From NCBI GenBank assembly GCA_040357565.1, contig JBDODJ010000014.1: 64,000 nt of DNA; one strand, given 5' to 3'. Numbering within the stretch: the stretch's first letter is position 1; every line of letters begins with the position of its first letter. The notes below the pieces were generated by a model that searched no databases, had not been told where the DNA came from, and saw only the letters and a list, made by a program, of their open reading frames with translations. This document shows positions 13,201 through 24,900 of the stretch, piece after piece. The position numbers and the translations under genes are program-made. The stretch is from Cercozoa sp. M6MM (lineage: Eukaryota > Protista > Endomyxa: Ascetosporea).

Positions 13201-15199
13201 AGAAAAAGCAATCTTAAATCGAGCAAGCACCTGTGTCAGCACAGCAGCCAGTGGACGCCACATTTTGAGGTAACACTGCCACATGTTGAGTTTTGGGTCG
13301 AGTTTCTCTTGTTCAAGCCTGCGTCGACATCATCCGTGCGGATGCAGAGATGAGAAATACAATTGAGGAGAAACGCACTGGTTTTCAGGAGGATTCGGAT
13401 CGGTGAAGAAGTTGTCGTTGAATCGTTCAGCAAATTTGGTCGACACGTAACGCGACTGAAGCGGAAGGGGGTAAACGAGTAAAAGGGACTAGAGAAAACA
13501 GTCTACCCGGACGAATGGAATAACATCGTCCTTCCATGCTGAGCAAAATGGAGTAAGGAGAAAGGGGGTAAACAGAGGGGGAAAGCAGTACGTTTCTCAC
13601 GAAGCAGAGTGCGCAAGATCTGGAACACCTTCCAGGTGGCCTCCGCATCGTAGCACTATACATTGGGAGTCAAGGGTAAATGGCAAAAAGGGGTCGAGGA
13701 AGGGGAGGCATGAAGCTACCGCATAGTCCACAAAGGCGCCTCGTGTCGACGGATCCAGCATCAGCTTGTCCGCGTTAGGAGGTACTTTTTGCTTGCCCGC
13801 CTGTGGGGATAGGAGAATAAAGGAACGGGGGAGGGAGGAGGGGAGGGTTAAAGACACACAGCAGTGCCGAATCGCTTGATCATGGCCGTCTTGGCCGGAA
13901 TGCCGAACGAAGAACTCAACGCTGCCAGCGAGTAGCCCTGAGTTACGGGGGGGGTAAAGGGGTAAAAAGAGGCAAAGGGAAAGACGCACCTGTTGGTCCT
14001 TGGGCAGTAGCGGATGCGCACTTCGACCAGTGTCGTAGATGCGCGCCATGTGCATCGTATCGCCGGCAAAGCCGCTCACTGTCTCCGTGTCCAGCGGTGA
14101 CTCCAGTCCATCTACTCACATCACCTTAATCAACACCCCACCCCTTAATCAATACCCTCTCCTTAATCAATACCCTCCCTTAATCAATTTCCACTCTCGT
14201 AACCAGCCAACCCTCTTAATCAATACCCAATCCCCCCTCCACACCGAGCCTACCTGGCTGTTCGGGCAGTCCGACGGCGACGTCGATGCCGTGGCGGTAC
14301 AGCACATGCCGATCGAAGGAGAGGTTGTGCCACACCTTGGGCACGCGGTTGCTCTCCAAAAAAGCACGCAGCGCCTGCAGCGGCTCGTCCGCCTTGCCCA
14401 CCTCGCCGTACCTGCAATTTACCCCCCTCCCAGTATACTCCAGTTTGCCCCGCACCATTCACCTCATACTCCTAGTTGACCCCCTATCCCCTCCGGTTTA
14501 ATCTCTGATACCTGGGGTCACGTATCTGGCGTCCGTGCTCGTCGAAACGAGGCAGCGGCTGCTCCAGTTCGGTGAGGTTGTCCACAAAGATGTGCGTGCA
14601 GCCTGAGCCAAAGTAGCGCTCGAGGTCGGGACCGGCGTACACCGTGAGCGCCACGACGCGACCATTCGTGACTGGCGACTCGTTGCGCGGGTTCACGTCG
14701 ACCTAGGGGAGGGGTAGGTAGGGTAGGGGAGGGTAGGTAGGGTAGGGTATGGGCAGGTAGTAGTATCAAGCAGTACAGTCTCAGTATCGACGGCAAAGAC
14801 TCGCGTCGGGTCTTCGCGCGCCGCCTGCATCAGCAGCTCGGCCACGCGAGTCGCACTCTCCATGTCGTTCGCGTAGATTGCGTGCCCGCTATGTGCACAC
14901 CCCATATCCCCATATGCCTAATCGATACCCCAGACACCCCCAACAGAAAGACGCACATCGGATTGCCATCGTCGTCCTCACGCATGGTTGTCGGCAGCGA
15001 GACTCTGTTCCAGAGAAAAATGCAAAGTTAACCACGGGGGGGGGGGGGCTTACTCGTTCGACTCGAATGCACTCGACAACGTGCGCGCATTCACCAAGCC
15101 TCTCAGGAATGACGGTAGCGTCGTCTGCGTCACAAACGCGCGGCGGTGGCGAGCGCGCGCGCGCACGCGACGCACCAGTTGTTGTGTTTGACGCCTCAT
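10270..15199 (-). CDS. Organellar family-A DNA polymerase (POP / DNA Pol I-like) with 3'-5' exonuclease
   Basis: Arg-rich, acid-free N-terminus MRRQTQQLVRRVRARARHRRAF. Exonuclease motifs VFAVDTET, KVWHNLSFD, GDTMHMAR. Polymerase motifs TETGRLSS..PNMQNQP, IVADYGQLELRILA, GGDFHS, RKRAKIVNFSAAYG, AINAPVQGGAADIV, LQVHDEI. Ends DNWMQAK*. Confidence 0.92.
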
Positions 15200-15585
15200 G
15201 CGAAACGATCAGCCGCAAAAACAACAACTATAATATACGCCCTTGTCGTGCTTGCGCTAGTATATGGCGAATCAGCACACACGGACACGCATTCACAGTC
15301 GTCAGCGAGTAGGAGCCTTTTAGTAAATTCAACTTGAGCGTTTGATAAATTCATCGTGACCGTGGAACATGATGAAACCGATCCACTTCACCACTAACAA
15401 AGTCGGGTAGTGTTTGCACTGCTTCATCGAAAGACACACTTGAGAGGAGCGAGGTTTGTTCGGAGTTTCGACGGTCCAGGCTGACCACATGCGGGTTTTG
15501 CGAATGGATAATATTGATCTCAACGGCTGCCCGGTTGACACGAAATCACTATTGTTACCCAGCCAGTGCGTGCTCGCGTGTGTGG

Positions 15586-15799
15586 ATGCGTAGATTTGAG
15601 TCATTCCTCACCTACGGTTCGGTTTTTTACCTTTCACGTGGTGTGCGTGTTGCTGCGTATCAGCAGTGCATTCAGTTTGGCGCGTTTTATTTTTTGGGTG
15701 CTGTAGCCGCGCTGTGGCAGCTGAGCGGCGTCAAGCCGGATTATTCGAGCGCCTCGGCGCTTGCCGTGTTGGTCACGCACCTGCTTGTTGAGGTACTTG

Positions 15800-15837
<38 letters not shown>

Positions 15838-18498
15838 TTATTTATGCTGCAGTTCCCTCGTCTGCAATGCGTGCCGTTGTACCTCGTGTGCCTCTTCATG
15901 TGCACCTCGTCGGGTCAGGAATCGGGCCTGTGGCTGCGCGTGCTTCTAGCCGCCATCATGTTGAGTGGCACTGCCGCTATGTGTCTTATGCCGGTGCCTA
16001 CCAAGCATCTATACCTGCAGAGTGACTCGTACTGTCTTCCTCTGTCGCCTTTGTCCTTTTTTATGTATGACACTCGACTCTTACCGCACTCTGTGGACTG
16101 CAGGTACACGGTGGGAACCAAGGAGGTCACGGTGGAACTCAAGGAGTCGCACTACTTGTCGCTCACGTCACTGCAGCTGGGTTAGCCAGCCTACTTACCC
16201 CTTACCTCTTTATATCCTATCCCTTTGATCCCTAACTCTTTAACCCCTACCCCGTTAACCCCTATCTCTTTAACACCTACCCCTTTAATCCCTCTACCCT
16301 TTCCTCTTTCACCCCGTTGACCTTCCCATTTACCATTTACCCCTTTGCCGCACAGGCGACGATGACTCGGACCTTGCGAAAGAGGAACAGGAGGCCTTGT
16401 TGCTTGGTGCTTGCAATCTTGACCTCTTCTACCCTTTTCCCCCTCTTACCCCCCTGTTTCCTCCTTCCTCAGGACCGAAACGTGACGCAGAGGATACTGA
16501 ATTCCACGCCGATCTGCAGACGGGACATATTGTACGGCACTACCTTTGTAGTCACCTCTACAGTATATGCTTTCTACCGCACTTGGACAGAACTGCCGAC
16601 TCTTCTATCCGACTGAAAGCACAGGTCGTCATGCGCCATATTTCAGGTATTATACACATGTAAAGATATAAATGTATATATAGATATAGTGTACGTGTGT
16701 ACTTTTGTGCCAACAGACTGGGCCGAAAGACGGCGCATGGAATCGCGCATGGCACCCAGATGCCGGCTGCTATGTTCTGGTGCTTTACCCCTCTCCCTTT
16801 GCCCCTCTCCCTATACCCCTCTCCCTTTGCCCCTCTCCCTTTACCCCTCTTTACCATCTTTTTGGCCCTTGACCTCCTTTACCCCCAGGCAAGTGTCGCT
16901 GGCTTCAAGCGGCGCAGTGCACGACGCGACGTGTCTGTTTCACAACAGTGCACATGAGGAGGACGAGTGCGACTACGACAGTACGCAGTTTTACCCACAC
17001 ACCGTACCTTTTACCCCTGTGTAGTTCAAGGCATGCCGGTGATTGTGCTGTCGCATGGATTGAAAGGCACCGCCGACGTTGCTCTCTCACTGTATTGTTA
17101 CCCCCCCCCCCCCTCCCCCTGTGTACACCCTCCTGCCCGTCCCCTTTACCTATCCCCCAGTGCTCGATACTACTCATCGCGTGGGTACCTTGTTGTGTGC
17201 GTCGAACACGGCGACGGCACTGCGTGTACACCTACTCTTTCTTCCCGTGTCTGCCTAGGTTGTTTACTGGGTGAACCTGCTTGTTTGTGCAGCACTGGCA
17301 CAGACCGAGACAGGTCGACTGCAGTACTACCTGCACCCGAAGCCAGACATGGAATTTACCACACGCATGTATTTTTGTTTTACAGGCTGTGGGATCTAAG
17401 GGTGCAGGGGGGGTAAAATAACGGTATCCGCAGGAAGTGGCGACGCCGTCAGTTGCGACGTCGCGTCGCCGAAATTCGCGCTGTGTTGGAGGCTCTCCAA
17501 GAGTGGTACCGTTGCTTTACCCTCTCCTTCTCGCTCCCCTCTTATTCTCTGCAGGCATGAGGATGGCATGTGTCGTATCGACTTTGATCGCATCTCGCTT
17601 CTCGGTCACTCGGTACACCCCCCCCGCGCGCCCTGCCCTTATCCCTTTACCCCTTGCTTGGGGCAGTTCGGAGCAGCCACAGTGCTGACAGCGGCGGCGT
17701 TGGAGAAACCGGGTCGTCTGCACGCAGGTACATTTGCACTCAGAGAAGCACGTGCTAACTGAGCACATGCTGACTGAGGAGACACTATCTCTGTCTTGTG
17801 TAGTGCTCGCACATGACCCCTGGATGGAACCGATCGGTCCGCGTGGTACTTTTTGACTCCGGGGGCAAGGGTAAAGGGGTAAACAGAGGGGCGAGTGTAG
17901 ACTAATTATGTGTAGGCAGCAAGCGCATGCGACTGAACGCGCCGGTGCAAGCGACGGCGTCACACCAGTTCCAGCGCTGGCGGCCCAACTGGCGCATGTG
18001 TGTCGATCTGCACGTGCACAGTGGTGCGCCCTCTCTCAATTTTCCGATCTCACTTTCTCACTTTCCGCGTTTTCTAACTCTGTCTTTTCGACAGAGCAAA
18101 AGTCCGTGCTAACTTACATGCGCGAGACTGCGCATCAGAACTTTGTCGATACCGGGTACAGTTTTGAGGATATCGTTTTACCATTTAGTTTGTCAAAGGT
18201 GTGCTTTGAATGTGTTTGCAACTGTTTAGACTATGGAGCGAGCTGCTGTCCCGCAAGGTGCGAGCTATCGGGCGTGACAGACCTCTTGATGTGCTCGGTA
18301 AGTCGTTTTTTTTTTGCAACAACAGACCTGACACGTTTCACTGCGTGTGTGTGCAATACAGGCAAGCTGTGCTCTCGCGACCTGGCCTTCCTCCAGCAAG
18401 GACAGGAAAACGAGTCGACCGCAGTCAACGAGTCGGACCGAGAGGAGCTGTTCGTGAGCATCCGCGCGGACGGCAGCGAGAACTGCTGCGCCAACTGA
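15586..18498 (+). CDS. PAF-acetylhydrolase-like alpha/beta hydrolase with N-terminal transmembrane region
   Basis: PVIVLSHGL, SRGYLVVCVEHGDG, nucleophile elbow LLGHSFGAAT (spliced), HDPWMEP, TAHQNFVD. Hydrophobic N-terminal segments. Confidence 0.85.
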
Positions 18499-18865
18499 AC
18501 CACGAAACGAAAGGATTGCGCGCCTGACTGACGTGACTACTGTATATTAAACCTGTATATGTATCGTGTGCACAGTATCCGCGCGGATTCCCGCAACCCT
18601 TTTTAAAAATCCTTAGTGAAACGGAAGCGTGTGTTTCTGGGAATTCGCAGCCTCCGGCTTGAGCAATTGATTATAGAGTCAATATTCCACTCCCGCCTGT
18701 GAATACTGCGCGATGTGCTGTACTCGGCTGCGCCTGTGTCTCCACTGTACTAGAAACTTCGCAGTCGAGTTTAAGTCCGAATGGCGAGTGACAAACCGCA
18801 GCCAGAGCGAAACTGCATCGATCCGGTTGACTCTGGATAGTAAGTTGCCAAGCACATGAACGTTC

Positions 18866-19467
18866 ATGAATGGAGCTGAAGAGCGACTGGAAGAGGAGTT
18901 GCGCCACGAGCAGCATGAAATTAGCGAGCTGCGAAGCGAGCTCCGTGAGGAGCAGGCCCAGATCGCCAACGAAGAATCCGAGCTGTAAGCTGATCTACAG
19001 TATCGACATCAAAATTGAATTCAACCAAACCGGCTGTGCTCATAGGGCTTGGATCGGTCTGTTTATCGGCATCACGGGTGTGCTCATTGCGATCGTTGTT
19101 GTCGCGGCATGTTTACGCGTTTTCTCGCGCAAGCAACGAAGGCGAAGGCGGCGCTTTTTGTTTTTCCGGGGCGAGCCGAATGAGTCACAGCGACTGCAGC
19201 ACATCAGTGTCGTTCAGCCTCTATCCGCGCAGGATCGGCAGCGAGTGCGCATGGTCGAGCAAAGGTAAAGTCGGTATCCCCCCCCCCCCCCCCCGCGCGC
19301 GCCCTGGTTTGATTTGAACTCGATTGGCCTGCAGCAGTTTTGGCAGTTCCGAGACGGAATCGACGGTACTGGAGGCGCAGAAGCTCGAGGAGCTGAACGA
19401 AGTGGTGGCGATGCGAACCGTTAACGGTGTGACTGAAGGAGCAGCTTCAGGAATTGTACAGATGTGA
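18866..19467 (+). CDS. Small single-pass membrane protein with N-terminal coiled coil (3 exons)
   Basis: MNGAEERLEEELRHEQHEISELRSELREEQ.., TM segment AWIGLFIGITGVLIAIVVVAACL, then RKQRRRRRR. Introns join in frame. Confidence 0.6.
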
Positions 19468-20265
19468 AACTCCGAAATGAAACCGAAATGCAATTGCCGT
19501 GCGTCTTGGTTCTGTTTCGTTTTCAGTTTTACTTCGCTTCCGTCAGCTACGCTAGTTTCTAGTAGTCTTAAGTGAATTAAGCGAAGCGCAGTGCGCTGCT
19601 GCACGTTTTATGAAGTACCTACGGTATACTTACATATGTATATATATATATGTAATAATTACACACACTATATCGAATCGTGTGCAATGGTATATATCTG
19701 TGCTTTCCTGTTACTGACTGACTCAGATTATGCAGTCTCCGTGGGGCTGAATCCAAGCAAACCATTAAGTAAAAAAGAGAAAGGAGAAATAAGAGTTTGT
19801 GGCTCTGTGGTACTGCTGCCCATAGAGCTGTGACTGGACCTGTTTTGAAAGCCTGTGTCCGTCAGTCGGCAAAAAGAGAAACCCCCATCGACTTGGCATC
19901 AGGCCCATATCCACCTCCACAAGCAAGCAATGGCTGCTGTAGAGAAGGGGGTCTAGTTCGACGTAAGAACCCAGTTGGGGTCGGGTAATTCTTCACTTCG
20001 CTTCTACAAACTGATTCATTTCATTCCCTCGCTCCGTTTAGTTGACGACTTACTTCTTTTATTCGATTTAGTTCTTCTCACTGACAACCGTCAGTAACAC
20101 AGAAGTTAACTGCCAACACGACATGTACGTACGACACGCGCGCGCACAACAGCCTATTTGCATGCCGTGTAAGCAACGTAGACGAACGCAACACGAACGA
20201 TCCGAAAGTGACGCTACTAAAGCAAAAGACGCGAAGGAAGCGATCTGGCCACAAGCTAGCGACGA

Positions 20266-22394
20266 TCACCAGCGCCGCGTGTTGCCACCCGTGTTGCCGG
20301 CGCTCTTGGGCGTCACTTCATCCGGATTAACAGCGTGCAGGAAAATGGCCGTTCTACCCCGTACATACACAGTAAGCAAGTCGATAAGGGAGCTACGTTA
20401 AAAGTCACCTGGACTGCGGCGGCGACTGAGGGTTCGGAGCGCCCGACATGCCCTTGCCCTGTACACGAGGGGTAGGTCTTATAAACATCGAGTACAGCAG
20501 AGGTAAGATAATGTACCCAGTCATAACCAGCTGCGTAGGCCAGAACAGACGCGTCGGGCGAGAACTGGGCCGCAACAATCGGTGCTTGGCACGCTTGCTT
20601 GCACTCGGCCTGTGGTGGAGAATGATATTACATACACTGACTGCACACTAGGCATATGCACAGTGGCATAAATAGTGCACCTTGCGGTAGCGCACAACGC
20701 GGTCCCAGGTGTGAATTTTGCCATCACCGCCTGAAACATTAAGGGTGCAGAGCTATCAGGAGCACGTACAGGAGAAACATTAGTGCTACCTGCGGTGGCA
20801 AAAGTGCCAAAGTTCGGCGCGAAACAGATCGCGTGGATGGGGTACACGTCCGACGTGCGGCCGCCGCGATCGACGCGGTGACATCTACGCAGCAAGAAAG
20901 GCAAGGGTCAAATAGAAGAAGCAAACCGAGAGGGTTCAAACATAAAAACCTGTAGTTGAAGTTCTTTTTTCGTTCCTGACCGTCGGGGCCAATCTCCTGC
21001 GACACAACAATTCCAGTCAAACAGAAAGCAAAGGTAACGCATAAAGACGAACCTTTTGGTGTTCAGCAGCGCCGTCCAGGTGCTCCAATCGCACTCGACC
21101 CTCGATGCTTCCTGTATTTACAAATACTCATACCCAGGCACACACCATACGACACAGAAGCGACTACCCATGCAGTAGCCCTGCTGGTCGGGCCACACTG
21201 TCACACATCTCGTTTGGTAGTTCAGGCCCTACGAACGCACCGTGTCTACAATGCGTACACAACCAACGCAGCAAAGTAAAGACGTACGGAATCGCCCTGT
21301 CGGAATGGCTGCGTCGCGTTGCGCAAGTCGAAAATAAGCATCTTGCGTTGCGCGCATCCCACGACGGCCTTTTCATTTTGCACGAGTGCATGCATCACTC
21401 TGTCAGATAGACAGAGAGTCAAAGTACCACGTTGCCGAGACTATCCATTGCGTAGACTCGCTCCGGGCACTGGTACTGCAACAGAATCAATCTGTCAACA
21501 CATTGCCATTTGGAATGGAATGCAAGGTACAGTGTAGGTCGGCTGTGGCGACCGAAGGTCCCAATAGCGCAGTTTGCCGTCCCAGCCACCACCTGTACTT
21601 CCAAATACATGGATGTATGGATGCACCAGTATATTGGAGGAGAAGCATACTGATGAGGCCGTTGCCTGCCGCATTCCACCTTACCTGTCAACAGACGCAT
21701 ATGTAACAGTGCACTCAGGAGATATTTGAAGGTACCGACTTGACTGGCGCATCGTGCTGACCGATCTTCGTCACCTGGTTGCCTTGCACGCTCCAGCTAC
21801 CAGACACCAGTAAAGTGGCTCATACGCAATCAAGTGGGATCTGAGTACCGGTAGACACCGCCGTCAGCACCGGCGAAGAAAAGTGACTGACCATCCGGCG
21901 CCCAGACTACACACACGCAAATTAAGGTGTCAAGCAAAGAAAGAGCAGCAATAGAAAAAAGTACTTGCGTCCAAAATCGGTGTCTGAGGCGCGTTTGGAA
22001 CCGACTGCTGCTGCAACGGCTGAGCTTGGCAGCCCTGTTTAAATTCAATCCATTGGTTTTATGCAGACATATGAACAGACTGCCATACCTGTTGCGAGTT
22101 CGCAATACGCCAAACAGAGCACTTGCCGTCCCATGAAGAAGCCGCCTACATATGTCACATCCGCGCGGAAGTGTGCACATCGGACAGTCCAACTGCAACT
22201 GCAACGTACCAGCATGTACTGGCCTTGCTGCGGCATCCAAGCCAGCGCACTCACGGTATCAGTCTGCGAGAGCAGTTTCACACACAGGCATTAAGTGTTC
22301 AATCGACATTTGTCGTAGCAAGTGGAAGACTTACTGGACCCGATTGAATACCGCGGTCTTGCGGCCAGCACGGCTGAAGTGTTTGGCCTTGCAT
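20266..22394 (-). CDS. RAE1: mRNA export factor Rae1/Gle2 (WD40; Rae1/Bub3 family)
   Basis: DTVSALAW, IGQHDAPVK, PERVYAMD, GSIEGRVR, RCHR, FGTFATAGGDG and AYAAGYDW. The last motif favours Rae1 over Bub3. Confidence 0.82.
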
Positions 22395-22569
22395 CGCGTA
22401 GAACAAATTTGGCACTATCCTGTGGGCTGTGCCAGTCTTAGCAGCCGCGCCAGCCCTAGCAGTTTTTTAATATTCTGGACGGTGTACCACCAGACCAGCG
22501 CTCCGATCAGTTCTCATTACGCCAGATCGCCTGACAGTGCGTTTCAGAGGCCGTACAGGCGTGCAGACG

Positions 22570-23300
22570 ATGGCACAGTTGCGTGTACTAGGTATATCGC
22601 TTGATGGCCTTCGTCCGCGCGGGCAGTTCGTGCTGCTGTCGGCACTGATGATGGCGTTTTTCCTCGCCAATGGCTACGTGGAGGAGAAGCTTCTCAAGGA
22701 GGTAAGCTGGGCACATGGCACACCAGAATACTGAGGTTTGGTGTTTTTTGGTGCAGCAAAACTTTCGTTACGTGCACGTAATGACGACGTTCGAGCTACT
22801 CGCCTTCGCAGCGTTCGCCGCCTTTGAGCGATCGACGCAAGGCGAGGCACCCAGGTACTCTCGTGTTAGGTCTGACATTACCCATCCGCGCGGATGGACA
22901 AAGACCTGAAAATGTGCAGGAAACACAAGGCACCGTTGCGAGCACACGCTCTTGTGGCCGGTGCCATGCTGCTCAGTCGGTAGGAGCGTTTCTTCCCAGT
23001 CTGAACTTGGACCAGTGATGTTTTTTGTGTGTTGCACAGAGTGTTCACGAACTTGTCGATTCTGCACTTATCGTATCCGACGCAGATCGTGTTCAAGTCG
23101 CTCAAGCTGCTGTCGATCATGCTGGGCAGGTGTGTTTCTGTTCCTTGACTATGAGAGACTGGTATACTGGAGTGTTCTTGCAGTGTGCTGCTGCTGAAAA
23201 AGTACTACAACCCTGCCGATGTGTCTGCAGCTTTCTTGCTGTGCACAGCAGCTGCTTCATTCGGTACCCTTCAATGTGTGGGGATATAAAGATACTGTAA

Positions 23301-23376
<76 letters not shown>

Positions 23377-24320
23377 CCATGGGCGACGCTCTGGGCGGCA
23401 GCAAGCAAACCACAGCGTACGGCATCGTGTTGGTGTCGCTGTCGCTGCTGGGCGACGCCTTGCACACCAACGTGCAGGAGCTGGCCATGACGCAGTACAA
23501 GGCACCGCCACTCGAGGTGCTGCAGTTCACCAACGGTATCGCCGGTCTCGTGCAGCTGTGCTTCACGTTGCTCTTCAGTGGTGAGGTACGCCTTCCTACT
23601 TCGTAGGGTGGGTAGATGCATGTTTCTATTGTGGGTTAACTCACACTGCAGGTGGCACCTGCGCTCTCCTCGGTGTCGCCCTCGATATTCCTAGTCCTGG
23701 TGCTTCGAGCTGCTTTGGTGTACGCCGGTGCGCTGTGCTTTGTCACGCTCATCAAGCACTTTGGCTCCGTTGCGGTAGTGCCCCTTACCCCTCCCAACCC
23801 TTGTTACTTTGTACTGCCCCCCCAGGCCACGACGATGACCACGGTGCGCAAGGTGCTCTCGGTGCTGTTCAGTTTCCTCGCCTTCACCAAGCCGTTTGGC
23901 ACGGTAGTTCTGTGTGCTTTCTTCCCAGGGCAAGGGGTAACTCAGTCTGTGGCATGTCTTCCTTGCAGGCACATGTGGCTGGCATTGCACTCTTCGGACT
24001 GGGACTCTGGCTGAGTGCCAAGGGGGCTACCTTGCGCAAAGAGTACCCTACCAGTTAGTCTTATTCCCTGTGTATTCAACTGGTGGCTTACATACACCTT
24101 GGGGTGCAGAGAAAAACACGACAGTTGGCTCGCATCCTGGGCGGTGTTGCTGGGCAGCCGAGACCGGACGCAGTACCAGAGAGTCCACGACAACAGCAAC
24201 GAGACCGCGCATTTCCGGCACGACAAGGTCGACACCTTCCTCGACGACGACGACGCCTTCTTGGACGAACACTTTGTCGAACTCTCCATCGACGCCTTCG
24301 ACCAGGACGACGCGCTCTGA
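22570..24320 (+). CDS. SLC35B/UAA-family nucleotide-sugar or PAPS transporter
   Basis: GYVEEKL, SYPTQIVFKSLKLLSIMLG, DALHTNVQE, TLIKHFGSV, TTVRKVLSVLFSF and multiple TM helices. Acidic C-terminal tail. Confidence 0.87.
23303..23373. repeat. (TG)n intronic microsatellite
   Basis: TG run ending at the 3' splice site gtgcag. Confidence 0.95.
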
Positions 24321-24900
24321 GTGACCGACGCCCCTCTTTTTGTTTTATTAACGCGACAGGACTGTAACGTACGGTAACCGAACATCATTACGCCATGATT
24401 TTATCGCAGCCTTTAGTAATTCAGCCCCGAAAACCAGGGTAGAAGGAAGGGACGTAAAAAGGGGCTCTCTGGGCTGGGAGGCAGCAACAAGTATTATGTG
24501 CGGGTGGCAAGGACTGGAGACCGGGAGGTGCTTTTTCGAGTTAGAGCCTTTTCAGGAAAGGAGCAATCTATGCTCTTTCGAGGTCAGTCACAAACAATAC
24601 ACCACTCTCTAGGGTCCTGAGTGAGTGACTTTTCCCCGCGCGGAGCACCAGGACTGACTGACCGGATGGAGTATCGTTTTGAAACTATGATGTTAACCTG
24701 TAAGCTACAATACGTCACTTTGACTCAATTGCAAACTTTTCAACGGTGTCATCCGGTCGGGTTACAGTTTGCAGTGTCAGTCGCCTTGCGTTGGCGGTTC
24801 AATTTCCGTCCAGTCGTAGATTAGACGAATTTAAGGAGTCTCGAGGGCTTAGATGGCGTGCTGTTGTGTCGCACAATACAATATGAAGATGCCATGGCAA

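Noticed and set aside
19743-24428. 10-bp inverted match ggggctgaat / attcagcccc as transposon TIRs
   Set aside because: Too short, does not extend, has no target-site duplication, and would enclose housekeeping genes.
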